A stretch of DNA of 64,000 nt. Origin: Malacoraja senta (lineage: Eukaryota). Shown in pieces: positions 48,230-62,123 of this stretch (positions are counted from its first letter, which is position 1; each line of letters opens with the position of its first letter). The notes beneath the pieces are model-generated. The model was not told the DNA's origin and ran no database searches. It saw only the letters and a program-made list of their open reading frames with translations. The stretch spans positions 62,001 to 126,000 of the forward strand of contig JAXLNO010001373.1 of NCBI GenBank assembly GCA_038087875.1, given 5' to 3'. The position numbers were made by a program, and so were the translations under genes.

Positions 48230-51200
48230 TGTGAGGAAGGGGTTAATAGGTATAGTTGATTTAGACTAAGAACCCTTTGTATTGTAGAGAGTAGATGAGC
48301 TTAGCCGTAAGAACAACTGGTGACATTTCAAGGATGAGAAACAGGAGATAGCGACAGCCAAGCAAGAACTGGGGTAATGGGCATGAACAACTCTATAGCG
48401 CTTGCGTAATGAGATAAATGAATATTGCAAACACGCCCATCTTGACAAGATGTCTCATTTAAATGCACATGCGATGTATGATGTGGGAGGCACCGGGGGC
48501 GGTACCGGTAGAGTGTGCACCTCAGTGCTCTGATTTGAAAGGAGCCCGAAGGGGAGGAATAAATGTAACAAATGTAAAATGATATGAATAAAAGAGAGTG
48601 ACTTCCCGACCTCGGTGTGTCTCGACAGGGGAGGCACCCGACTCTGCAGACTTGCTAATAAATAAACTTGTTTCTCTAATTTCTCTAGCATCGTGATTGT
48701 GAGCACTCACTTTTTGCACCTCACAAGCCTGGGGGCTCGTCTTGGGATCGTCACTCCGGCTGGCTGGCGGCGGTATACGGGAGAAGGGACAGTGCACCCC
48801 GCTGATTCAGCGGCCCTGGACCCCTTGCTTGCCGTCAGCGGTTTGAGCGAGTGATATCCCAGACCAGAGATTAGAGAAACAAGTGGGAGTAGTTGGAAAT
48901 CGCGAGGAGCAAAATCGAGCAATTCCTGTGCACAGGACCCGGGTAAGAACATTGACTATTAAGTATTTCTCGGGCGATTGGGAAAGATCTTGTGGCTACC
49001 GCCCTGAAGAATTCAGGGGTCTGTACGGGCAAGGCAGGAAATACGGTGTTAAGATAAAGGGACCGAGGGAAGAGGGTCCTCACATTCTGCCCAATAGTCC
49101 GTTGGGGCAAATGTTGCAATCTTGGGAAGAAGGAAGCACCGGGGGTAAAAAAAAGAAAAAAAGGAGGGAGATAAGATTTATATGAATGATAATTTTGAAA
49201 TTTTAATACATGTAAAAGATGTTGCATTTATTTGAAGTAAGAATGGAACGAATGTGATTTGTGTGTAAAAAACGTTTTGGAATGAAAGTGTATATATGTG
49301 ATTATTTTTTGTTTATTGTATTTGTAAGAGTAAGACCACATTGTAAGAGTAAGTAAGTAAGTAAGTTTTATTAGAATCAAAAATGTCCACTGTAGGTAGG
49401 TGTATGTTCCTTTAAATAAATTAGGTCATGGTGAAAGGCGACGAACAGCTGTAAGATAATGATTAACTGTTTGTATCCTCGTAACCTAGAAGGGGAAGTT
49501 GTAAAATCAGCTTTTGGTTTTTCTGATGTTCGTTTAGATTTCTAGTCAGTAAAGATAATTTGGAAAATTGTTACTAGTGCTAGGAATTGGACATTTAAAA
49601 TAGTGGTGAATATGGATTGAAATAATTGGAAATAAGTTAATTGGTAAACATTCAAGTTTAGAAAGAAAGGAGCGAGAGGCAGTTAGGAGATAACAGAAGT
49701 AGAAAACGACAGGCGTGGAAGTAATAAAGCAGGAGGAGTCAGTGGAAGATTTAAAAAAGAAAGGTGAATGAATTTGCAAGAAGGCTAGAATATTTGAGAA
49801 GCAAGAAATTGAGTTTAGAATAAGAAAGAAGGCATACCAGAAAGGATTAAAGTTGGAAGCATTGGGATAAAGTGATGAGACTGCTTTAAAGGGAAAAGAG
49901 AAGGACAGACACAGATTATTCCTTGGGGGCACCTATAAACTGAGAGGGCTAAAAAATACCTCACCCTATATCCCTGATGGGGGAGGAAATGGATTAGGGC
50001 TTTGGAGGAGGAGAACGTGGGACGATTATTGACCATGGAAGGTTTGAAGGCACTGTTGGTAAAAGTGATAGGAACCACTAAAGTGACAGAACTACTGAAG
50101 ATGGATGGTATAAACTGATGCGAACAATGGAACAAGCAATGGCATACTGTTTGACATAGTCAGGCAGAGGGTATGGCAGGCCCTCAGACAATGTAATCCA
50201 GCAGCCTCTCTGGAAAACCAGCTTAAAAGGTGGAGAGTTGATTGATGAACATTATATTATGAACTACTGTGGTGGATGTCATTCTTCTTAAAGTCAAGCA
50301 GATTGGAGAAAGTGGTGAGATTGTCATTAATTTCCCACCCCCGATTCAGCGAACAGTTGGTCTCTGCGGTCGAGAAATATCGCAAAGATAGGAAAAAGAC
50401 TTGCAAACCAGCAGGAGGAGCTGTTGTCAATAAACAACGGACCTGGTTGAAGAGACTGAAATGAGGGAGTCCTATAGCGAAACCAAGCAGGGCCAGAGAA
50501 TTACATGCCAATAATGAATGTCTTTGGGGAACGTTTCCTCAAAAAGTCCTATCAGGAGTGAAATTAATCTGGATATAAGCCCTAACAGGACTGGGGTCCC
50601 CAAGAGAGAAAGGGATTTAAAGGAGGATTTGTTGGTATTGTTCCATAAGTGAAAAGCGATGTAAGAGAGAGAGAGAGAGAGAGATTAAAAAAATAATAAT
50701 AATAAATATACTTCAGAATGTAGGACAGAGGATGATAACCTTGGGAAAAGGCAGGATATAGTTCAGACTAGATTAGGTATAAGCCCTGTAGTGTTGTTTA
50801 TGATGAATAAGGTAATTAAGAGGTTTGGTAGACCTACAGAAATCAGCTTTGACAACGGATTGTTTTCATTTAGGGAGTTGCTAAGTTGGCGATAGAGAGC
50901 CTTAGAGTAAAATACACATTTGGGTATGTAACACCTGCAGTCACAGGCATGGTGGAAAGAATAAATGGAACATTGAAGGTTAATATAAATAAGATTTGTT
51001 TAATTACAAAGTTGAATTGGATCGATGCCCTGCCATTGGCAATGAAGAGATGTTGCATGCAAACTAACCGAGCAGGTGGCACAATGGAGAGGTCCCTACA
51101 AGAGACCGAGTTTGGAACAGTTAAAGATAGAATTTTAAAAGTATATGAAACAGTTAATTATGATATACTATTTATGAACAGGTAAAGTAAAAGCTGTTGG

Positions 51201-54200
51201 TGGTGGACCAGGAGGAAGGACCCTTTAAACTTGAAGACAAGGTGTATGTATGAGTTTTCTAAACTACCGACCGATGTTCAGGTAGAAGGTTGATATACCT
51301 GGTACCATTTCAATAATTACATCAGGGCTGTCCCACAGGTATGAATAGATAATAGCCCTGAGGTAAGTGAACAGGAGGACAAGAGATGTGAGAAAAGAGT
51401 AGAGTTTTAACAAGAACGTTGTTTGACATCAGTGGTGGGCAAAATAATGGAAGGGATACTTAAGACAATATATAAGAATTTGGATAAATAGGGTAGGATT
51501 AGGAAGAATTAGCATGGATTTGTGATTGTGATGTTTGACTAATCTTGAATTTTTTGAAAAGGTTATTAGGGAAATTGATGAGGGTAAAGTGGTGGATGTT
51601 GTCTAGATGAACTTCAGTAAGGCCTTTGACAAGGTTCAATAAGGAAATAAGGTTGGTTAAGAAGGGTTAGTAAGGAATAGCAAGATGGATTAAAAAGTGG
51701 CTATATGGGAGATGTCAGAGAGCAATGGTGGATGGATGTTTGTCAGGTTTGAGGTCAGTGACTAGAGGGGTACCTCGGGGATGTGTGTTGGGTCCACTGT
51801 TGTTTGTCATGTGAATCAATAATCTGGATGTTGGTGTGGTAAAATAGATTAATAAGTATGTAGATGATACTAAGATAGGTGGTGTTGTGAATAATGAAGT
51901 AGATTTTAAAAGTGTACAGAGAGATTTAGGTCATTTGGAAGAGTGGGTTGAAACATGACAGATGGGTTTAATGTTGATAAGGGTGAGGTGATGAATGTAC
52001 ATGGTAAATGATTGTGAATTGAGGAATGAAGTTGAACAGAGGGATCTAGGAATAACTGTGCATAGTTCCCTGAAGGTGGAATCTCATGTAGATAGGATGG
52101 TAAAGAAAGATTTTGGTGTGTTGGCCTTTATAAATCAGAGCATTGTGTATAGAAGTTGGGTTGTAATGTTAAATTGTACAAGGTATGGGTGAGGTCAATT
52201 GTGGAGTATGGTGTATAATTTTGGTAGGCATAATTATAGGAAAAAGGTCAACAAAATAGAGAGAGTACAGAGGAGATCAATTAGAATGTTGACTGGGTTT
52301 CAGCAACTAAGACACAGAGAAAGGTTGAACAAGTTAGGTCTTTATTATTTAGGAAAGATAGAAGGAGTCCCAACAATGCAAGGGAACGATGTGTTCCTGA
52401 GGAACTATTTACTGGCAGTGTCCCAATCTCTTGCAGAACTAAAAATTAAAGGATTGCTGGCCCAGAGCCCACCACTGGACTTCCCGATTCACTCAGTCAA
52501 GGCTGGAGACTGGGTATTAATAAAAACGTGGAAAGAAGAAAAGCTGCAACCTAAGTGGACTGGACCCTACCTGGTGTTACTAATCACCGAGACAGCAGTA
52601 CGAACAAAAGAGAAAGGGTGGACACACGCAAGTCGAGTTAAGGGTCCTGTGGAGGCCCCACCAGACAATATCAGCCCGTGGACTGTGCGCAAAGGAGAGG
52701 AACCATTGACTTTAATATTTACCAAGAACCCGCGGGAAAAATGAAGATTTCGTGTTGGTGGGTCGTGTGTTGGGTGGTTACCCAACTTGTGAGTAATATA
52801 ACATGCATAAAAATCACAATACCACAGAATAGATGGTCCACCACCATCCCATTTGATGTATGTAAAGGAAAATGGTGGTGCGGCTATAGAATGTATGTAT
52901 GCACCCATCCCTATAGAAATTGGCACGCGGTGTTTACTTCCTCAAAATATGGGTGGCATCGAACCACCTATCAAACTGATAGGTGGAAAGTATATCAAAA
53001 CCCGAACGAGAAATTGCCAGGACGCGTATATGTGAGCATACAGAGTGTTCAAATGCAGGAAAGTGGTAGGTATTGGATATGTGCAGATAAAACAGGGAAG
53101 GACGCATGTCTGAAGTTTAAGATAGAAGTGAAGCGGGATGGGGAGATGGTAAGATACGAGGATAGGGAAGAGGTGTTAAAGATAGATGACAGTCAGAATA
53201 GGGATCCCTGGGCAACACCAGCACCACCGGTAGTCAGAAATGTCACCACGGAAAATGAGCCTAAGGATTTGAAGATAATGATAGTAGCAGGAGAAACAGA
53301 ATTAAGGCAATTATATGAGGAGGGAATACCTACAGGAGGAAAAGGAGCCAACACCTGGCTTGCCTGGATGATGTACACAGCCAGAAGTATGCAACAATTG
53401 TTACACCTGCGCCGGAGTTAGGCCTCAGCTGGTCCCAGTACCATTTCCCCTGAATTGGGATAGAACACCTAGGGCTATGTCATGTATACTACAGCTATTC
53501 ACGAATCCCATCCTACCAAAGGATGCGACCTGCCAGAGTTATCATTCGACACACACATATATCTAGATGCGATAGGGGTGCCAAGCGGGGTACCCAATGA
53601 ATTCAAAGCCAGAAACCAGATAGCTGCGGGCTTTGAGTCCATACTCTTCTGGTGGTCCACAATTAATAAAAATGTGGACTGGATCAACTACCTATACTAC
53701 AATCAACAACGCTTTATAAATTACACTCGAGATGCAGTTGAAGGATTAGCGGAACAACTGACCTGGCAAAATCGCATGGCCTTGGACATGCTACTGGCTG
53801 AGTAGGGAGGGGGTGTGTGTAATGTTTGGCGAACAATGTTGCACATTCATCCCCAACAACACTGCTCCGGATGGGTCAGTGTCAAGAGCCCTAGCAGGTC
53901 TCACCTCTCTGTCTATCGAATTGGCTGAGAGCTCTGGAGTAGACACCTCCTGGACCGGGTTTCTAGAATCCTGGTTTGGGAAATGGAAGCACATCTTTAC
54001 CTCAGCTCTAACATCAGTGGTAGTCATGGTGGGGTTATTGTGTTTGTTCGGATGTTGTATCATTCCCTGCGTACGTGGATTGGCTCAGCGATTGATAGAA
54101 ACAGCCCTGACAAAGAACAGGGCCGCCACCATGATGGCCTTCAGAACACAGTATGACCAACGAGAGGGGGATAGGGAGGCGAAGAATCTGCTGTTAGCAT

Positions 54201-54748
54201 TAGAAAAGGGGGAGATAGTATAAATCAAAGGAGCATAGCAAAAGTAAAAGTGTGGATTGTGAGGAAGGGGTTAATAGGTATAGTTGATTTAGACAAAGAA
54301 CCCTTTGTATTGTAGAGAGTAGATGAGCTTAGCCGTAAGAACAACTGGTGACATTTCAAGGATGAGAAACAGGAGATTGCGACAGCCAAGCAAAAACTGG
54401 GGTAAAGGGCATGAACAACTCTAAGCGCTTGCGTAATGAGATAAATGAATATTGCAAACACGCCCATCATGACAAGATGTCTCATTTAAATGCACATGCG
54501 ATGTATGATGTGGGAGGCACCGGGGGCGGTACCGGTAGATTGTGCACCTCAGTGCTCTGATTTGAAAGGAGCCCGAAGTGGAGGAATAAATGTGACAAAT
54601 GTAAAATGATATGAATACAAGAGAGTGACTTCCCAACCTCGGTGTGTCTCGACAGGGGAGGCACCCGACTCTGCAGACTTGCTAATAAACTTGTTTCTCT
54701 AATTTCTCTAGCATCGTGATTGTGAGCACTCACTTTTTGCACCTCACA
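48230..54748 (+). mobile_element. ERV, right arm
   Basis: LTRs at 48230-48725 and 54258-54748; PBS-Pro-like site at 48730-48748; gag MA near 49080-49200; integrase core remnant near 50820-51080 (RFGRPTEISFDNG, GMVERINGTLK, LNWIDALPLA); integrase C-terminus at 52352-52740; env at 52741-54223. Confidence 0.92.
52741..54223 (+). pseudogene. env: Gamma-type env, right arm
   Basis: Same features as the left copy, plus a 5-bp deletion near 53395 and AAG>TAG at 53803-53805. Confidence 0.9.
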
Positions 54749-56440
54749 CTAAGGAAACAGCAAGTATGAGAGATGAATTGATAAACTTAAAAACAGAAAT
54801 GAAAGGTTTTAAAAATGAAATCAAAAATGATTTTTTAAAGTTTGATGAGAACATTTCTAAGTTTGTCCGTGAAGAACTGATTGCCATGAACGGGAAAATA
54901 TCTGCTAACCTCGACTTAGAAATTGAAGAAGTAAATGAGAAAATTAAGCGGACTGAAGACAATCTAAATGCTAAGCTGGATCCTATTTACGACACGATAA
55001 ATCAACAATGAAGCTATTAAGCATTTGGAGTCAATTGCTGATGCGAGTTCGAAAACTACAGAAGCACTTCTAGAAGAGAACAAACGGTTATCAGATTTAC
55101 TGCATACAGTAACTGAAAAATGTATTGTCTTGGAAGGACACCATAGACGTCAGAACTTAAGAATTGTTGGCGTCCGAGAGGGTAAAGAAGGAAATAATGA
55201 CGTCCGTGACTATGCTGCAGACTTATTGAAAAAAGTCTTGAATTTGGATCATAAGCCTTTATTAGGCCGGGCACACAGGGTTGGGAGACGTCGCCCGGGC
55301 CTGAACATTCCCCCAAGGCAACTGATAGTGAAGGTGCAATACGATCACGTCTTGGAGGATATCATGAAAAAAGTTGCTAACACCAGAAATCTTCAGTTCG
55401 AGGGGGACAAAATCAGCATATTCAGAGACTATCCAAAGGAGGTGGTCACAAGGAGAGCGTTATTTACCGAGACAAGAGGGATTCTTAAGAAGATAGACAA
55501 CTTGAGATATGGGTTGTTGTATCCTGCAAGATTGAGAGTCACCTATAAGCAGAAGGAAAAGTTTTTTACGGATCACAAGGAAGCATTGGCGTATGCCCAG
55601 AAGATCGCTCAGAAAACCGCGGACTTGAGTGCTGATTGAATAACATTCATATGATATCTTCACCTTGCTGAGAATAAATGGAACTTTAAGTCACTTTAAT
55701 TAAGGACTAATGAAAGCTGATAACAACAACTGAACAAACTGTATTGATATGGACATATTATTTTAATATTTTAGTACTAATTATTACTAACAAATACTAA
55801 TTATTAAGACTATTATTATTATTATTAGAATAATTAGTTTAAAATATTAATTGCAAACAAGGTATAACCTGGTTATTTTATTAATTAAATTGAGCCATGT
55901 TTATTCGTTGTTTCTTTTTTTTCTTTTACATCAGACTAATAACTGACTACTACTTAACCAAGAGAGTAATAGTCTCTCATTATATGATTACTAATCTTTT
56001 GGACCAAAATGGTTATAACATTAATCCCGTAAATTACTCTTACTGAGTTTTTGTTTTGTTTTTTAGCGTGGAGCTAGTAATAATTTTTTTTCTAAGGCTA
56101 CGGAAGTCCTTAGATGGCCAGCCACGTTAGTGTGGCTAACACTAACTACACTATTTGTAGATGTAGTTTCTTCTTTTTTCTTGCACTTTATTAATCTTTC
56201 TTTTTTCTTTTTTTTTCTTTATTTCTTACTTAATTTCTATCATAAAGTTGATTCGAATTATATGTATTATTTGTGGAGAGGGGTCCGGGAGGAAGATCTA
56301 TTCAATTTAAAACTCATCTGTCCTGTGTTCAGGTGGATTGTCTGGCTTACTGCGCTGGGCTACCAACTCTATTATAGACTACTCTAACCATAAGATGCAA
56401 GACGGTAATAGAAAAATTGGGGGTCAAGGAATTACTTTTT

Positions 56441-56571
56441 NNNNNNNNNNNNNNNNNNNNNNNNNNNNNNNNNNNNNNNNNNNNNNNNNNNNNNNNNNNN
56501 NNNNNNNNNNNNNNNNNNNNNNNNNNNNNNNNNNNNNNNNNNNNNNNNNNNNNNNNNNNNNNNNNNNNNNN
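56441..56571. other. Assembly gap, 131 N
   Basis: N-run hiding the 3' junction of the arm-specific L1 insertion. Confidence 0.95.
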
Positions 56572-58069
56572 CAGTAATGTACAACACGTATATATTAATA
56601 CATTTTTTGTACCGCTTCACTTTTTTAAACTTTAAGAAAGAAAAAGAAAGAAGTAAGAAAAGTGAAGAAAGTGCACAAAGGTTGTGAAGTGCAAAAGAGT
56701 GTTGGGAAAAGAAAGCCCCTTAGAAAAGAAGTTAGAGAAGGAAGTAAAGTTAGAAAATAGACCCTAGAAAAAAAAAGAGAAAGAAAGAAGGAACAATCGC
56801 TCTATTATAATTCTTATACCATACTTCATAGAGAAGGAACTACCAACCAAGTCTGTTTTTATTTTACCTCCCATTACCAGGTCCAGATACCTTTTATTTA
56901 TTTATTTGTTTTTCTAAATTACTATTGCACCTCATGCTTGTAATAGGTCCAAAAACGTAGACCACGTCTTTTGAAATTGATCTACTTTGTCTACTAGGAG
57001 GAATCTCATCTCTTCCAGATGTAATGTTTCCAACATATTTGATGTCCACATTTTTATTGTTGGTGTGGGCGCATTTTTCCAGAATTTAAGTATAAGCTTT
57101 TTTCCCATTATTAGCCCATAATTGAGTAAATTCTTCTGATACACGTTTAATTCAGGAATACCTTCCGATATTCCAAAAATAATCCATTCTGGTTTTGGTA
57201 CCAGTTTTATTTTGATTAATTTTGAAAAAATATCAAATATTTCAAACCAGAATTTTTGGATTTTTGTACAAAAAACAAAAGAATGTGCTATGGTAGCTTC
57301 TTGACATATACATTTATCACAGATTGGTGAGACGTTAGGAAAGATTTTATTTAGTTTGGTTTTTGAATAATATAATCTATGTAATGTTTTAAATTGGATA
57401 AGCGTATGTCGTACGTTGATCGAGCATTTATGCACCTGTAATAAATGATTATCCCAACTCTCTTTTGAAATTTTTATACCTAGATCTTGTTCCCAATCTC
57501 TTCTAATTCCATCTGTTGTGGGTATTTCTATATTTAAGATGATATTATATAAGTATGATATTAAATTAACTGATTCCGCCTTTGTCTTCATTGCTTCATC
57601 TAGTAAGTCGGAAGGCATATTATAATAATCTTTTGTGTGTGTTTTCAAATAGTCACAGATTTGTAGATATTTAAAATATTGATTATTTTTCAAATTATAT
57701 TTCAGTTGTAGTTGTTGGAATGATAGTAATTTTTCTAATTCATACAGATCTTCGAGCGTTTTAATTCCCATTCTTTCCCATTGTATAAATGCTTTATCTA
57801 TGATTGAAGGTTTAAACGATGGGTTATTGACTATTGGTATTAAGAGAGATAGGTTTCTTAATTTTAGATTCTGTTTTATTTGCTTCCATGTTCTAATAGT
57901 GCTATATATAATTGGATTTTTATTATAATTTTTATTATTCAAATTTATTGGAGAGAGAATAATCGCTCCTATATTATTCGGGGAGCAATCCCCTTTTTCC
58001 ATTATAATCCAGTCCACCTGCTGGGCAGAATTGTCCAGCAGGTGAATCATATTTTTAATATTTACTGCC
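56572..58069 (-). mobile_element. 5'-truncated L1 of a related but distinct subfamily, antisense, right arm only
   Basis: Uninterrupted 379-aa ORF2 C-terminus at 56932-58071 with a CCHC-like region (CDKCICQEATIAHSFVFC) and a 3'UTR. The host L1 resumes at 58071 (cattaagggaatt), and the left arm is continuous at this site (22165-22200). Confidence 0.85.
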
Positions 58070-61000
58070 ACATTAAGGGAATTAATGACTCAATTAAGAG
58101 AGGTAAAGTATTAACACACTTAAAATCACTTCATGCAGATGTAACATTTCTTCAAGAAACTCATCTTAAAAATGAAGTACAACATAGATTGAAAGCAAAA
58201 TGGATTGCTGAAACATCACTCTTCATACTCCCATAAGGCTAGAGGGGTTGCAATTGTAATCCGTAAAGGTATACCCTTTAAACACATATCAACTATTGCG
58301 GACAAGAATGGTAGATATATAATACTAGTGGGTGAATTATATTTAAAAAAAGTAATTCTTCTTAATGTCTATGGACCAAATTCTGATAACCCTTCGTTTT
58401 TTAAGAATATACTTAATAATATCCTGGAAATTACACAACATAACTTGATAATTGGAGGAGATTTAAATTGTACACTAGACTCTTATTTAGATAGATCATC
58501 AAGACAAAGAAAAGCAAAATCTAAAACAAGTGAATTAATAAACTCATACATTAACTCTACTAATATCAAAGATGTTTGGAGAATTGAAAACCCATCTGGA
58601 AGGGAATATTCATTCTATTCACCGGTACATAAAACTTACTCAAGAATAAATTACTTTTTAGTTGACTCTAAGCTTATCCCATTTACTTATAACTCAAAAT
58701 ATCATAATATTATAATTTCGGACTATGCACCTCTAACATTTATGATCAAACTAAGTGGAATGACTGAGAAGCAGACACAATGGAGATTTAATCCTCAGAT
58801 TTTAAATGATAAAGCATGTTGTGAATATCTTATCACACAGATAAATATGTTTTTGAGACTAATGATTGCCCTGAAATATCTCCCTCCCTTTTTTGGGAAA
58901 CATTTAAAGCATTTATACGAGGAGCGTTAATCTCTGCGCAAGCCTTTCGTAATAAAGAGAACCGGGCCAAACAACAGGAATTGGAAAAGGAGATAAGGCA
59001 ATTAGATATGGAAAATGCAATCACGCCCTCTACGATATTACATAATAAAATTGTAGCACTTAAATATAAGTTAAATCAACTATATTCAGATCAAATCATA
59101 AAACTTTATGAAAATACTAAACAACTATACTTTGAGTTTGGTGATAAACCACAAAAATTACTAGCACGTCAGCTCCGGAAACAGGAAGGGGAAAAAACAA
59201 TTTAAAAATTAAATCTGATACGGGAGAAATGCTAACATTACCCAAGGATATTAATGATAGATTTTCTCAATACTATCAAACACTTTATTCATCGAAAACA
59301 ATAGTGGGCTCTGCAGGAATGGAATCATTTTTACAGAAATGTAATCTTACAGGTTTAGATCTGAAAGAGAGGGAATTATTAGGGGCCGAAATATCAGTAA
59401 AAGATATTGAAGAATCTATCAGATCTTTAAAAAATGGAAAGGCCGCTGGCCCGGATGGTTTAAATAGCGAATTTTATAAAAAAATTCATGACCTGATGTC
59501 CACCCACTTAAAGACACTATATACTCATGCCTTCATGCAACAGAAACTACCAGAAACTTTAAACAAATCAACAATAATACTTATACCCAAAATGGATAAG
59601 GACCTTGAAGATCCAGGTTCATATAGAGCAATCGCTCTCTTAAACACCGATCAGAAAATATTAACTAAAATTTTAGCCCATAGATTAAGTTTAGTGATTC
59701 ATAAATTAATACACCCTGACCAAACTGGCTTTATTCCAAAACGCTACTCATATTATAATTTGAGACGATTATTTAAAATTATATACTCAAACAGAATAGC
59801 TAATGTAGATTTAGCAGTCGTCTCGTTAGATGCTGAGAAAGCATTCGATCAATTTCAATTGGGTGAGAAGTTTTGCACATGGGTTAAGTTTTTATACACT
59901 AACCCAACAGCTAGAATAATGACAAATCAAATGCTATCAACAAAATTTGATTTATCGAAAGGTTGCAGACAAGGATGCCCGTTATCACCGTTATTATTTG
60001 CCCTTGCTATCGAACCACTAGCAGAAAGAGTTAGAGCACACCCAGAAATATATGGGTATAATACAAAAAATACAGTTAATAAAATCTCTCTATACGCAGA
60101 TGATGTATTATTATATATTACAAACCCAGAAATCAGCATTCCAAACTTGTTAAATCTTATAACTCAATTTGGTTTATTTTCAGGATATAGAATTAATTGG
60201 AACAAAAGTGAGATTATGCCAATAACGGAATCTAATTCATATATATTGCAACATTCACCTTTTAGAATAGTTAATGAAAAATTTAAATATCTTGGAATTT
60301 ATGTGACAAAGAAATATAACTCTATTTAAATCAAATTTCATGCCTTTACTTAATAAATTGCATAAGAATATTCAATACTGGAAAACACTTCTCATTTCAA
60401 TGCTCGGTAGAATTAATGCTATAAAAATGATTTTCCTTCCGCAATTGCTATACCTCTTTCAATCAATCCCGATATATCTCCCAAAAAAATTCTTTAAAAA
60501 AGTCGATTCTATTGTGACAAGTTTTATTTGGGATTATAAGGATCACAGAATAAGCAAAAAACACCTATGTAAACCCAAGACCAAAGGAGGATTCGTTTTA
60601 CCAAACTTTTTATTTTATTTTTGGGCAGTCAATGTAAAAAACATGAATTTTTGGTTGGAAGATATGGATCAACAACCAGACTGGTTAAAGATGGAAAAGG
60701 AAGATTGTTTACCTTTTGAAATTGGTCCGATCCTGTTAGCTCCTACAAAACTGAATTTTAAAAATCTATAAAGAAAACCCTATAATATATAGTGGAATTC
60801 GAATTTGGAAACAATTAAAAAAGACATTAAAATTGGATAATTTATCATTTTCTTTCCCCATTGCAAATAATCCTTAATTTAAACCCTCAAGTGTTGGATA
60901 AAGGTTTTGTACAATGGAAAAATCATGGAATTAAAAAGATGGGACATTTTTATAGAAATGGTATTTTTCTTTCGTTTCAGGAACTACAACTGAATTATGG

Positions 61001-62123
61001 ATTACATTCAAATATTTTTTTTAGATACTTACAACTTAAAGATTATGTTAAATCACATACACAAGAATACAGAACTAGAGAACCAGAGATTCTAGATGAA
61101 TGTTTGAATAAACACCCTAATACAGATAAATTAATATCTTATATTTATAATATTCTTTTAGACAGTGAGACTCCGTCGACGGAATTATATAGATTAGCAT
61201 GGGAAAAGGAGTTAGCCCAACCTATAACAAAAGATATTTGGGATGAAAGTTTACAACATATACATCAATGTTCATTAAATACCAGACACTCTTTAATACA
61301 ATTTAAAGTACTACATAGATTGCATTATTCAAAAACAAAATTAAATAGAATCTTTCCTAATATCTCCCTGATTTGTGATAAATGCCAACACTCATCGACT
61401 AATTTAACCCATACTTTTGTAAATTGTATAAAAATTAAAGATTATTGGATGGATATTTAAAAAATAATCTCTGTAGTTGTTAATATTCAATGGATCCCGA
61501 TCCTAAATTAATAATATTGGGCATGTCAGAACAATACCTAAAACTTACAACAAACCAAAGAAATTTCCTTGACTACAGCATAATAATTGAGAAAAAATTA
61601 ATATTAAAATTTTGGAAAAATCCTGCAACCCCCACAATTAAGATGTGGATTATGGAGATGTCGGAGACCTTATATTTGGAAAAAAATTAGATATGTCTTA
61701 ATTGACAAACCAGAATTATTTACTAAAATATGGTCTCCATTTATAGATTATCTGAAGGGGTAGACTGGGCCGGCGCGGAGGCCTGACTGAAACTTGAACC
61801 CAGGACTGGATGAATAGTTACGTTTGCTGACCTATGGACCTTTCTCCTAAGTTGTATTATTGATAGTTTATCTTACTTTTTTAATTTCTTCTTTTTATTT
61901 CTTTATTTCTTTATTTTCTTTATTTTTATTATTTATAAATATAAATAAATAATTAGAGGCAACGTTAATATGTAACCGATAAAGGAGGACCCCAGCTGCT
62001 TTGGTAACTGGGTACCCAGAACCCTGGATATTTAATATGTAATCGTCATACAAAGTTTGTAATGGGTTGGACTATGATATGCAGATACCTCTAATTAAAA
62101 AAAAATTAAATATAAGAACTCAC

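Larger units (their letters stand above)
47960..62114 (+). mobile_element. Full-length L1, right arm, with the same 16-bp TSD
   Basis: TSD AGAACTCACTGGGACA at 47944-47959 and 62115-62130. A short 5'UTR contains TGACGTCA. ORF1 lies at 48020-48229 and 54749-55639, split by the ERV. ORF2 starts at 56395 and resumes at 58071-61700 in broken frames. Confidence 0.92.
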
